A stretch of DNA of 64,000 nucleotides from a virus (taxonomy: Duplodnaviria > Heunggongvirae > Uroviricota > Caudoviricetes), in the IMG/VR virus record IMGVR_UViG_3300046355_000236; one strand, 5' to 3'. The stretch's first letter is position 1, and each line of letters opens with the position of its first letter. The notes under the pieces are model-generated. The model did no database searches, was not told the origin of the DNA, and worked only from the letters and a program-made list of their open reading frames with translations. Made by a program: the position numbers and the translations under genes. Below, piece after piece: positions 19,644 through 29,100 of the stretch.

Positions 19644-20066
19644 ATGCCGAAGAAAATTAATCCTCGTCTATTCTTTCTGGCACGTGAGCAGGTATTTCGT
19701 TTTGAAGTATCTTCTCTGATGCCGTCGACATATCATAACTTTTTCTTTGAAAGACAGAAAGTTGACGCTTCAAAAATTAAGCCCGTTGGCGGTAAGATCG
19801 GTGATCCGATAATCACCGACGCAGACGGTAAGGTATCGTTTGACTATTACTATGATTCAGGTCTCACATCAGACGCAACAGCAGTTGATCAAGCACAACA
19901 AAAAGCGAATAGTGTAGCTGGCAACAAAGAAGTAATCGTTGCTGCCTCAGCAATAGACACACTTGCAAACGACTTCGAATCGACGGTGTTGTCTTATTTT
20001 AGATCACATATCCGCATACAGGTATACGTTGTGCCGGAAAGTGACTATGCAGAAGTCAAACAATAA
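19644..20066 (+). CDS. DUF4815-like structural protein, middle segment
   Basis: L.P.TYH.FFFE...I.P.GG..GDPIITDADGKV resembles an internal segment of VrlC-like proteins. Confidence 0.5.
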   Translation: MPKKINPRLFFLAREQVFRFEVSSLMPSTYHNFFFERQKVDASKIKPVGGKIGDPIITDADGKVSFDYYYDSGLTSDATAVDQAQQKANSVAGNKEVIVAASAIDTLANDFESTVLSYFRSHIRIQVYVVPESDYAEVKQ

Positions 20067-20086
20067 CAAATACGACAGGAACAAAT

Positions 20087-22123
20087 ATGCTAGGGTTTGA
20101 TTTAGCACAGACATTTTATCTGGACAAAGACGCTGTCCAAGGAGCCGATCAGGCTTTCTTGACAGCCGTCGATCTTTACTTCTACCGAAAGCCTGTAGCC
20201 GGAAAAACAAAATCCGGTATCAGAGGCCCAGGTGCATCGGTGTATCTGTGCCCCGTTTTGGAGAACGGTACACCAGATCTTAACTTAGTGCATCACACGT
20301 TTGGTGCTCGTGTAGAATATGCAGATATTGCTACGAGCACGAGTGGAACAGAGGCTACAACGTTTACGTTTCGTCAACCTATTCCAGTACCAACAGCACG
20401 TAGTTATGGTATTTTAATTAAGTTTGATGGTAGTGACTCAGACTTCCAATTGTGGTACAACAAGTCAGGTGATAACGTACTTGGAACAACTACACAAACA
20501 CAGGTATCGTCTGGTAAAGTTGATGGTTTCTTTTACAAGATTACTAACGGTAAAGAACTGACTCCAGAACGTGATGCTGATCTTTCGTTCCGCTTGAAAG
20601 TTGCTAAATTTTTATCAACATCATCAACGTTCAAGATTAAAAACCGTCCTTACGAGATCTTGAAACTCAATGCTAACACCAGTTCGTTCAAAGGTGGTGA
20701 AGACATTTACCAACAACGCGCAAACGCTGCTGGTACTGTCAGCATTACTACCACTGGCGTGTCTGTTGTCGGTACTGGAACAGCGTTCAACTCAACATTG
20801 CTTCAAGGTGATAAAGTTATCTTGACGGATGGTACTGCTGGTAACACAGACGTACGTACAGTTGTTTCGGTTGCAAATGCAACTTACATGACGGTAGACG
20901 TTGAACCATCATTTACTGCTGCCTCTGGTACATATTACAAGACAGTTGTTGGTAAAGTTTTCCAGTCTGATGGCATCACCGACTACCTTGTGATTCAAGA
21001 TGCTAATTCGAACAGTAGTTTGTACCTTACAACAGGTACGACCATTACAGGTGTTGACTCGCTAGCTTCTGCAAACATTGTTTCTATTTACGATTATGCT
21101 ATCAACAGCATCGTCCCTGGATTTAACGTCAAAGCACCGTCAGGAACATCTGTATCCACTACAGTCAACTTTGCTAATGCTGATTACCAATTTACTTCTT
21201 CAACAGTTGCTAGTGTTGATTTGGGCCGTCGTAGAATGTTGAATGAATATGCAGCTGTTCTGGCATCGAGCACTAACGAACAAACTGCAGCAACACCTGT
21301 TCGCTCTTTTAACGGTACGTTGACTCTTACGACAAGCAATCCTTACGTTTCACCATACGTTCGTCAAGAAAACTTGGACTTGTTTGCAGAGCGTTATGAA
21401 ATTAACAACGATGCTACAGATGAGTACAAAGGCAATGGTAATGCAAAGGCCCGCTACATCTCAAAAACTATTGCTCTTGCAGAAGATCAAAAAGCAGAAG
21501 ATTTGAAAGTGTTTGTGCGAGCATATAAACCTGCCAACACATCTATCCTTGTTTATGCAAAGCTGCGTAACTCGGAAGATACAGAATCTTTTGATGTCAA
21601 AGATTGGACCGAGCTGACTGTTAACAACAATGTAACGATCGTCAGCAACCCAGCCAACATCTTTGATAGAATTGAGCTAGCATATGATGTACCGTTCACT
21701 ACGACGAGTACTCTTGTTGATGGTCAGTTCACTACAACATCTGCATGCACCGTCATCACAGGTACGTCCGGTACAGTTAACACATCGATCCAAGTAGGGG
21801 ATGTTGTTCGTGTGTCGTATCCTGCCTCAACAACGACGTACTTCACTGATACAGTTGTTGCTGCTAACTCGACAACCATCACTATTGCAAACCCTGTTTC
21901 CAACTCTAGCTTGATTGGTCCAGGTTATTTGGTGAATGTCGTGGATCGTCCAAATAGTGGATACCTGGACATTCAACAACAAAACGTATTAACATATTAC
22001 AACCGCGCACTGTCTAAATTCCAGACATTCGATTCGTTCGCCATTAAGATTGTTCTTCTGTCTGAGGATGGCGTAAAGATTCCTTATGTGGATGATGTGC
22101 GTGCAATTGCTGTTTCTGCATGA
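20087..22123 (+). CDS. DUF4815-like structural protein, C-terminal segment
   Basis: LAQTFY...FLTAVDLYF..KP, ARYISK.I.L...AEDLKVF.RAYKP, FAIKIVL motifs. Confidence 0.6.
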   Translation: MLGFDLAQTFYLDKDAVQGADQAFLTAVDLYFYRKPVAGKTKSGIRGPGASVYLCPVLENGTPDLNLVHHTFGARVEYADIATSTSGTEATTFTFRQPIPVPTARSYGILIKFDGSDSDFQLWYNKSGDNVLGTTTQTQVSSGKVDGFFYKITNGKELTPERDADLSFRLKVAKFLSTSSTFKIKNRPYEILKLNANTSSFKGGEDIYQQRANAAGTVSITTTGVSVVGTGTAFNSTLLQGDKVILTDGTAGNTDVRTVVSVANATYMTVDVEPSFTAASGTYYKTVVGKVFQSDGITDYLVIQDANSNSSLYLTTGTTITGVDSLASANIVSIYDYAINSIVPGFNVKAPSGTSVSTTVNFANADYQFTSSTVASVDLGRRRMLNEYAAVLASSTNEQTAATPVRSFNGTLTLTTSNPYVSPYVRQENLDLFAERYEINNDATDEYKGNGNAKARYISKTIALAEDQKAEDLKVFVRAYKPANTSILVYAKLRNSEDTESFDVKDWTELTVNNNVTIVSNPANIFDRIELAYDVPFTTTSTLVDGQFTTTSACTVITGTSGTVNTSIQVGDVVRVSYPASTTTYFTDTVVAANSTTITIANPVSNSSLIGPGYLVNVVDRPNSGYLDIQQQNVLTYYNRALSKFQTFDSFAIKIVLLSEDGVKIPYVDDVRAIAVSA

Positions 22124-22341
22124 CGCCACTACAAAAAACTGAAGATGCGCGGTTTGCTCGTGATAAGCATAGTACAGCTATCCTAAATATAGACAAAGCT
22201 GGCTACCAACAATTTAAGATGGAACGTGACCGCGCACTACAACTGCAACACGCTGTAGAGCAGGTTAGTGTTTTGCAGAGTGAGATGAGGGATATTAAAC
22301 AGCTGCTTCAACAATTAGTAAACGGAAAAACAAATGGCTAG
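22120..22341 (+). CDS. Small conserved hypothetical protein (coiled-coil C-terminus)
   Basis: 73 aa, translationally coupled (ATGA overlap); RD..S.AILN.D...Y motif seen in T4-like virion modules. Confidence 0.6.
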   Translation: MTPLQKTEDARFARDKHSTAILNIDKAGYQQFKMERDRALQLQHAVEQVSVLQSEMRDIKQLLQQLVNGKTNG

Positions 22342-23644
22342 AAGTATAGCAAACGTAGTAATCGCGACAGATTCATTCGCTTCATGGGTGGGTATCACCA
22401 ACCAGATGGCGGATACCTTTACCAATTATGCGCTGACGGCAAACTCATCTGTAACAGGAGCTACTGTAACAGGTAACTCACAGCTGATTGGTATCTTCGC
22501 GGCCAATACGGTTGCTGTTGGTACTGCTCTTCGCGGAGGATCTGTTAACGTATCATCCAATCTGAATGTTACATCCAATCTGATCGTTACAGGAGCAACG
22601 GTAAACATTGCAAGTAACGTAGCAATCGTTGGCACCAACACATATATCAACGCAGTTACCACATATGTTAACGGCGGCCTTGCAAACGTTACCTCGAATG
22701 TAAGTATTGTCAACACAAACACCTCAATCAACGCAGCTGTGACCTATGTTGCAGGTGGACTTGCAAACGTTACATCTAATGTCAGCATTGTTAACACAAA
22801 TACATCAATTAGTTCAGCAGTAACATACGTTGCTGGCGGTCTTGCAAACGTTACGTCTAACGTTTCGGTCCAAAACGCAAACACATATATCAACGCGACA
22901 GCGTTTGGTGTTGCGGGCGTGTCTACCCTAACAGGTACAACAACGCTGAAAGCTAACACAACGCTAACTAACGTTGTCTTATCTTCAAATGCAACTGTTA
23001 GCAACCTTCAAATCAGTGTAAACGCCCTAAACATTGTAGCTACAGCAAATATTAATGGTAGTCTGAGCGTATCATCGTTAAACTCTGTAGGTAACGCTGT
23101 TGTTAACGGTGCATTTACTGTCAACAACACAGCTGCTGTAGGTAATACGACAATTACAGGATTTGCCAACGTATCCACAACATTACAGGTTGATGGCAAT
23201 ACTACGCTGAATGCAACGTTAATTGCAAATAATATTGTAGCCAACGGCACCACAACCCTTTCAAATACAAACTTGAATGGTGTAACATTACTTGCTAATA
23301 ACGTCGTGTTGTCTGTTGTTGCTAATACGAACATTGGAAACGCTAATACCCTTGGAGCCTTTACAGCTGTAGAGGTTGCCAGCTTTCCTATTGCATCCTA
23401 CACAGGGGCAAAGATCACATCAAAAGTATCATCATTGAGTGGTGCTAGCAACCAAGTGCAGGAATTGCTAATTGCGCAAAACACAACAGATGTTTACATG
23501 ACCGTGTATGGTACTGTTGCTGCACCAGCAACAGCAAACCTTGGTGTATTCACAGCATCTATAAATACTACAGCTATATCAATCAAGTTCTTGCAAACGA
23601 GCGCCAATTCGAGCGTTAAGATGTTTGCGCAATACATCAAATAA
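22334..23644 (+). CDS. Tail fibre-like beta-rich protein with three 27-aa repeats
   Basis: N-terminal I...D.F..W...TN; rich in N/T/S/V/A; no Trp or Cys in the shaft. Confidence 0.65.
   Translation: MARSIANVVIATDSFASWVGITNQMADTFTNYALTANSSVTGATVTGNSQLIGIFAANTVAVGTALRGGSVNVSSNLNVTSNLIVTGATVNIASNVAIVGTNTYINAVTTYVNGGLANVTSNVSIVNTNTSINAAVTYVAGGLANVTSNVSIVNTNTSISSAVTYVAGGLANVTSNVSVQNANTYINATAFGVAGVSTLTGTTTLKANTTLTNVVLSSNATVSNLQISVNALNIVATANINGSLSVSSLNSVGNAVVNGAFTVNNTAAVGNTTITGFANVSTTLQVDGNTTLNATLIANNIVANGTTTLSNTNLNGVTLLANNVVLSVVANTNIGNANTLGAFTAVEVASFPIASYTGAKITSKVSSLSGASNQVQELLIAQNTTDVYMTVYGTVAAPATANLGVFTASINTTAISIKFLQTSANSSVKMFAQYIK
22664..22906 (+). repeat. 3 x 81-nt coding repeat (YV.GGLANVTSNVS.VN.NT.I..AVT)
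   Basis: Copies start at 22664, 22745 and 22826. Confidence 0.9.
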
Positions 23645-23652
23645 GGTAAGTA

Positions 23653-24627
23653 ATGGCTGCAGGCAATACACAGTTTAAAGCGGAGAATGGACTCTTTGTA
23701 CAGGGGACTGCTAACGTTGCTGGAGATTTGAAGGTCGATGGCAACCTTCTTGTCACAGGTAACATTGTGTCTTCAGGTACCGCTGCTGGTGACTTCATTC
23801 CTTTAAACAATACATACTCACTTGGAAATACCACATCCCGATGGTCTTTGTTGGGTGTAGATGGCAATTTCTCCGGCAACCTAACTGTAAGCACAGTTAC
23901 TACTCTCAGCGATACTGCATCATCCAACCTTATTCCAACAGTAAACAACGCACCTTTAGGATCAGCAACACGTCGTTGGGCGATTACTGCTAATACAGGT
24001 GACTTTCTAAACATTACGACGACACAGGCAATTGCTACTGTTAACCTAACATCAAACGGTACATTGTCTGCAGGTGTGTTGGTTGCAAATGCTACTCATG
24101 TCGTTATAACAAACGGAACACTGAGTGTAAATACTGGTTCGAAGACATCGATCTCTGCAACTGGCAACTCCACTTATAGTAGCCTTTCCCTTAATAACGA
24201 TGTAACATCTATCGGCGGCAATGTTGCTTTTGATACAGATCTTGTTGTTATCGATGCGGTCAACAACCGTATTGGTTTAAAAGCAACGACACTATCCTCT
24301 AGTGCTCTTGCTACAATCACTGGTAACGTTGAATTCAGCACTGCAAACACAGGTATTCGTTTACAGACATCAAACGCAACGCATAATGCATCCATTGTTA
24401 TGGTTGCGGCCAACACCAGTAACAGTCGCTTGACATTCTCAACATATGATACATCTAATTCTACAGTAGAGAACGGTGGTTTCGTATTTGGTGGTATGGT
24501 GAATAGCACATCAACACAGACGTTGTTATCATTTAGTAACGCTTCTATCAAATATAAAACTGGTAACGTCGCTCACGCAGGCAACTTCGGGATTTACGAT
24601 GTAAACGGCACACGCTTAGGACCATAA
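23653..24627 (+). CDS. Tail fibre-like protein
   Basis: F...NGL, G...P..N..Y.LG....RW fibre motifs; N/T/S-rich. Confidence 0.6.
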   Translation: MAAGNTQFKAENGLFVQGTANVAGDLKVDGNLLVTGNIVSSGTAAGDFIPLNNTYSLGNTTSRWSLLGVDGNFSGNLTVSTVTTLSDTASSNLIPTVNNAPLGSATRRWAITANTGDFLNITTTQAIATVNLTSNGTLSAGVLVANATHVVITNGTLSVNTGSKTSISATGNSTYSSLSLNNDVTSIGGNVAFDTDLVVIDAVNNRIGLKATTLSSSALATITGNVEFSTANTGIRLQTSNATHNASIVMVAANTSNSRLTFSTYDTSNSTVENGGFVFGGMVNSTSTQTLLSFSNASIKYKTGNVAHAGNFGIYDVNGTRLGP

Positions 24628-24628
24628 A

Positions 24629-26128
24629 ATGGCAAGACCACTGCGCGCGGTATACGCGAACACCACATACAGTAACGGTGTGCGGGAGATGTCTGATAGC
24701 GAACTTAATGATCTCGTCGCTCCTCTGATACTAACTTATGTAACATCGAACCCTAGTGTTGCGTATAGTACATCGCTGCGTATCAATACAGCAGGATTAT
24801 ACGATGTCAATGTAGGGGTTACAAACGATACTCGCAGCGATATTGTCGGTGCACACCCAGCATCAAACTCTACCATAAGCACATACACTTTATATCAGAG
24901 TGCGCGACCAATGGCTTTGAGCCTGAGTGCTCGCCCTGTTGCATATGTTCAGGTCGGTGATGAGTGGCAAATCAAATCGATGTCTGATCAAGAAATGATT
25001 GATCAGGTTGTGCCTTCTATTGTTCAGACCATGATCACTGGTGGCCAAGGTGCTTATTATATTGGACCAACATCAAGTGGAGCTCCTGTAGGGGGAACGT
25101 GGACGTCGTATGGAAATATGACCGACACATATTATGTTAACAGCACACTAACAACAGAACAGTATACGTTATGGCAGCGTACGTCTGGAACAACTGCTGG
25201 TACTATTAGACCTCTTAAAGTTGATTTGTCTGGCAACCTAGTCGAAATGACTAACGCTGATATAACCCAGCTGTACCAGGCTGTCGGTGAGTATATTCGT
25301 ACAACGGGCATTGGTCAATACGTCATCCAACCAATTGCGCCGTCTACAGGTACATGGATGCAGCGTGGATACTTTACAAATACGGTAAACAACTTACAAG
25401 ACACCGCTTATAACGGTTCATACATTGGGTCGTTTACGAGTCCATATACACGTGCGTTTACAGGCACGTATAATAGTGCATTCACAGGAAATTACACTGG
25501 TGCATATTCGCGTATTTTTACAGGCGCATATGCTGGTGGGTATAATAACACGTTTACAGGGTTATACAACCAGGCATTTACTGGTGCGTTCAGTGGTGGA
25601 TATGTAGGTACGTTCTCTGGAATTTATTCAAAGCTGTTCACAGGCGCGTATACAGGAGTGTATGCGGGTGCGTATAATGGCTTTTTCACTGGGACGTATA
25701 TTACTAATATTTCTAAATCGTACCAGAACCCATTCTCTGGTGTGTGGTATACTGGTTCTTACGCCAATTATTATAGTGGTAGTTATGCAAGCGCGTTTAC
25801 AGGTTTGTATACTGGTGCATACTCAGGATCATACCAAGGCAATTTCACTGGCGTATACAATACAACATTTACCGGCGTGTATAACCGATCGTTTACAGGA
25901 TCATTCACAGGAATATACACAGGAACTTTTAGTGGTTTATACACTGGTGGATACACCAGTGCATTTACAGGAATATATGCTGGAGCATATACAGGTGCAT
26001 TTAGCGGCGCATATAGCGGAGCGTTTACTGGACTATATAACACTTCATTCACCGGAGCCTACACTGGTTTGACTGTACTAAATACAACATCGACCACAGT
26101 ATACAAACTGTGGGTTAGAACAGCCTAA
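24629..26128 (+). CDS. Virion fibre-like protein A: three-module base plus ~218-aa x-G-x-[YF] tract
   Basis: Three internal RP[LV]...MS[DN].[ED]...GTW...G...[DN]T...LWQR modules; tetrapeptide tract at aa 261-478. Confidence 0.7.
   Translation: MARPLRAVYANTTYSNGVREMSDSELNDLVAPLILTYVTSNPSVAYSTSLRINTAGLYDVNVGVTNDTRSDIVGAHPASNSTISTYTLYQSARPMALSLSARPVAYVQVGDEWQIKSMSDQEMIDQVVPSIVQTMITGGQGAYYIGPTSSGAPVGGTWTSYGNMTDTYYVNSTLTTEQYTLWQRTSGTTAGTIRPLKVDLSGNLVEMTNADITQLYQAVGEYIRTTGIGQYVIQPIAPSTGTWMQRGYFTNTVNNLQDTAYNGSYIGSFTSPYTRAFTGTYNSAFTGNYTGAYSRIFTGAYAGGYNNTFTGLYNQAFTGAFSGGYVGTFSGIYSKLFTGAYTGVYAGAYNGFFTGTYITNISKSYQNPFSGVWYTGSYANYYSGSYASAFTGLYTGAYSGSYQGNFTGVYNTTFTGVYNRSFTGSFTGIYTGTFSGLYTGGYTSAFTGIYAGAYTGAFSGAYSGAFTGLYNTSFTGAYTGLTVLNTTSTTVYKLWVRTA
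25409..26062 (+). repeat. Tetrapeptide [TSANV]-G-x-[YF] coding repeat with central NPFSG turn
   Basis: Seen directly in the translation. Confidence 0.9.
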
Positions 26129-26147
26129 AAAGATATGTTGTGTCGGC

Positions 26148-29100
26148 ATGCCAGTAAAACCATTAAAATACATTGAAATAAGCGGATCACCATCAACTCA
26201 GATTATGTCCAACACGGACATTACTGACTATGTGGCAAAATTAATAGGTACCGAATTTGCTAGCACCACAGGTGTTGGTTCCCTCGGTGTTGGTTCGCTG
26301 GCCAATGGAACATCTATTGGTACATGGGTGGACACGTACTATCCAAACGCAATCGGCGACCATCCCATTGACCCTGCTGCGGTCACAGTTTCAAACACAA
26401 CACTTTATCAAGACGTCTCTAACGGATCGTTGACGGGTATTTTTTCACGCCCTGTTGGTTGGGATACTTCAAACAACGTACCACAACTCTTATCCGATTC
26501 CGACATCGACACAAGCATCACGTCTGTTATTGCTAACTATGTTGTTAATGGTGGTGTTGGTTCATATGTCCTACAACCAACTGCTCCAGCAACAGGAACA
26601 TGGGTTTCACGTGGAACACTTACAAACACACAAGCACCTAGTGTAACCAACACGACTACGTTGTGGCAGAAGACAGCTGAATCTACAGGATCTGCTGTAC
26701 GTTTGTTGAAACTGGCAAACGGTGGCTTCCAGCAGTTTTCTGATGCTGATATTCGAAACCTGACGTTTAAACTCCGCAATTACATTGTTAATAGCGGCAT
26801 TGGCAAATATGTCCTTTCAACGACCACGCCAGTAACTCCTGGTACATGGGTGCAAGCAGGCACTGGTTTTGACGATATACGTCTATCACTTGAAGATGGA
26901 TTTTACGCTGGTGCATATAACAGTACGTTCACTGGCGGTTATACTGCTACATACTCTGGTAATTACAACAACACCTTCTCTAGTGCATTTACCAGCACAT
27001 ATTCATCTTCTTATTCAGGTGCATATAACTCGGCATTTAGCAGAGCCTACACAAGTGTGTATACAGGCGCCTTTACCGGACAATATAACCAAGCGTTCAC
27101 TGGTGCGTTCAGTAGAGCGTTTACCGGCGCCTTTACCGGACAATATAACCAAGCGTTTACTGGTAACTTTACTGGTGTATATGCTAACGCGTTCACGGGA
27201 CAGTACTCTGGTAATTATGTTGGCGCATTCAGTACAGTTTTTAGCGGTGCATATACTGGTGCATACAATCAGACATTTACCGGGTCGTACATTGGTACGT
27301 ACCTAAGCAACTATACAGGAGCTTTCAGTGGAGCCTATGCCTCTACGTTCACTGGAACTTTTACTGGCGCATACACAGCAGCTTACAGTGCTGTGTTCAC
27401 TGGTCAATACTCTGGTGGCTACACAAGTGCATTTACTGGTAGCTATACTTCAGCATATACGACTGCATACACGGGTGCCTACACAGGAGCATATTCGAAC
27501 GTATTTTCTGGTGCCTACACAGGCGGTTATACTACAACGTTTACTGGTCTGTATTCAGGCGCATATTCAAGAACGTTCACTGGCGCATATGCTGGCTCTT
27601 ATACGGGCGTTTTTAATCAGACATTCACTGGTTCGTACCTAGGTGGTTATGTAGGATCATTTACCGGCGCATATGCTGGTGCTTACTCACGTGTGTTTTC
27701 AGGATCCTACACTGGCATATATTCTGGTGGATATACTGGTGCGTTTTCTGGATCATATACTGGTATCTACACTGCTGCATATACAGGTTTATATTCAGGT
27801 GGGTACACAGGAGCGTTTACTGGGATCTACACTGGTGCATATACTGGTGCATTCAATCAAAGCTTTAGTGGTTTGTATTCCGGTTCATATACAAGTGCGT
27901 TTACTGGTCTGTATTCCGGTACATACACAAGTGCATTCTCAGGATCATATACGGGCGCGTATACAGGCGCATATAGCCAAGTGTTCACTGGTTCATATTC
28001 TGGTGGATATGTTGGCACATTTACAGGCGCGTATGCTGGTGCGTATTCACGTGTATTCACAGGATCGTACACTGGTGCATATACAGGAACATACAACCAA
28101 ACGTTTACTGGATCATATTCTGGTGGGTACGTAGGATCATTTACTGGTGCTTATGCCGGCGCTTATTCGCGTGTGTTTACTGGATCATACACAGGTGCAT
28201 ACACGGGCATTTATAACCAAACCTTTACTGGATCTTATTCTGGTGGGTACGTAGGATCATTTACTGGTGCTTATGCTGGTGCTTATTCTCGCGTTTTCAC
28301 TGGATCGTATTCTGGTATCTACACCGGCGTATATAATCAGACGTTTACTGGATCATATTCTGGTGGGTATGTTGGTTCATTTACTGGTGCTTATGCTGGC
28401 GCTTATTCACGAGTATTCACTGGCTCTTACACAGGCGCATACACAGGCGTATACAATCAGACATTTACTGGATCGTATTCTGGTGGATACACTCGAGCGT
28501 TTACTGGCGCATATGTTGGTGCTTACTCGCGTGTGTTCTCAGGATCATATACTGGCCTCTACACAGGATTATATACTGGCATATACACTGGACTATATTC
28601 TGGTGGATATGTAGGATCATTTACAGGTCTATACTCCGGCACATATTCAAGAATATTCTCTGGATCTTACACAGGTTTATACTCTGGTGTGTATCAGAAT
28701 ACATTTACTGGCTTGTACTCTGGTGTGTATCAAAGCACATTTACAGGTGCATACTCTGGTAACTACACTCGTGCATTTACTGGTAGTTATGCTGGTAACT
28801 ATATTGCATCATATGCTGGTGCATATGCTGGTACGTACAATACAGGTTATATTGGTTATTATGCACCCGGCGGTGCTGTGTACTACACTGGTTTATATAC
28901 TGGCTTTTATTCTGCATATTATGCTGGTAACTATATAAACCCTTTTAATGGAGCTACGTATACTGGTGGCTATTTGGGATCACGAGCTCGTAGTTTTGCT
29001 GGTGGATATACAGCTGGCGCTGGTTATGCTGGAACATACACAGGTTTCTATGCTGCTGGCTATCTCGGGTCCTATCTTGGATACTATGGTGGCTCACGTG

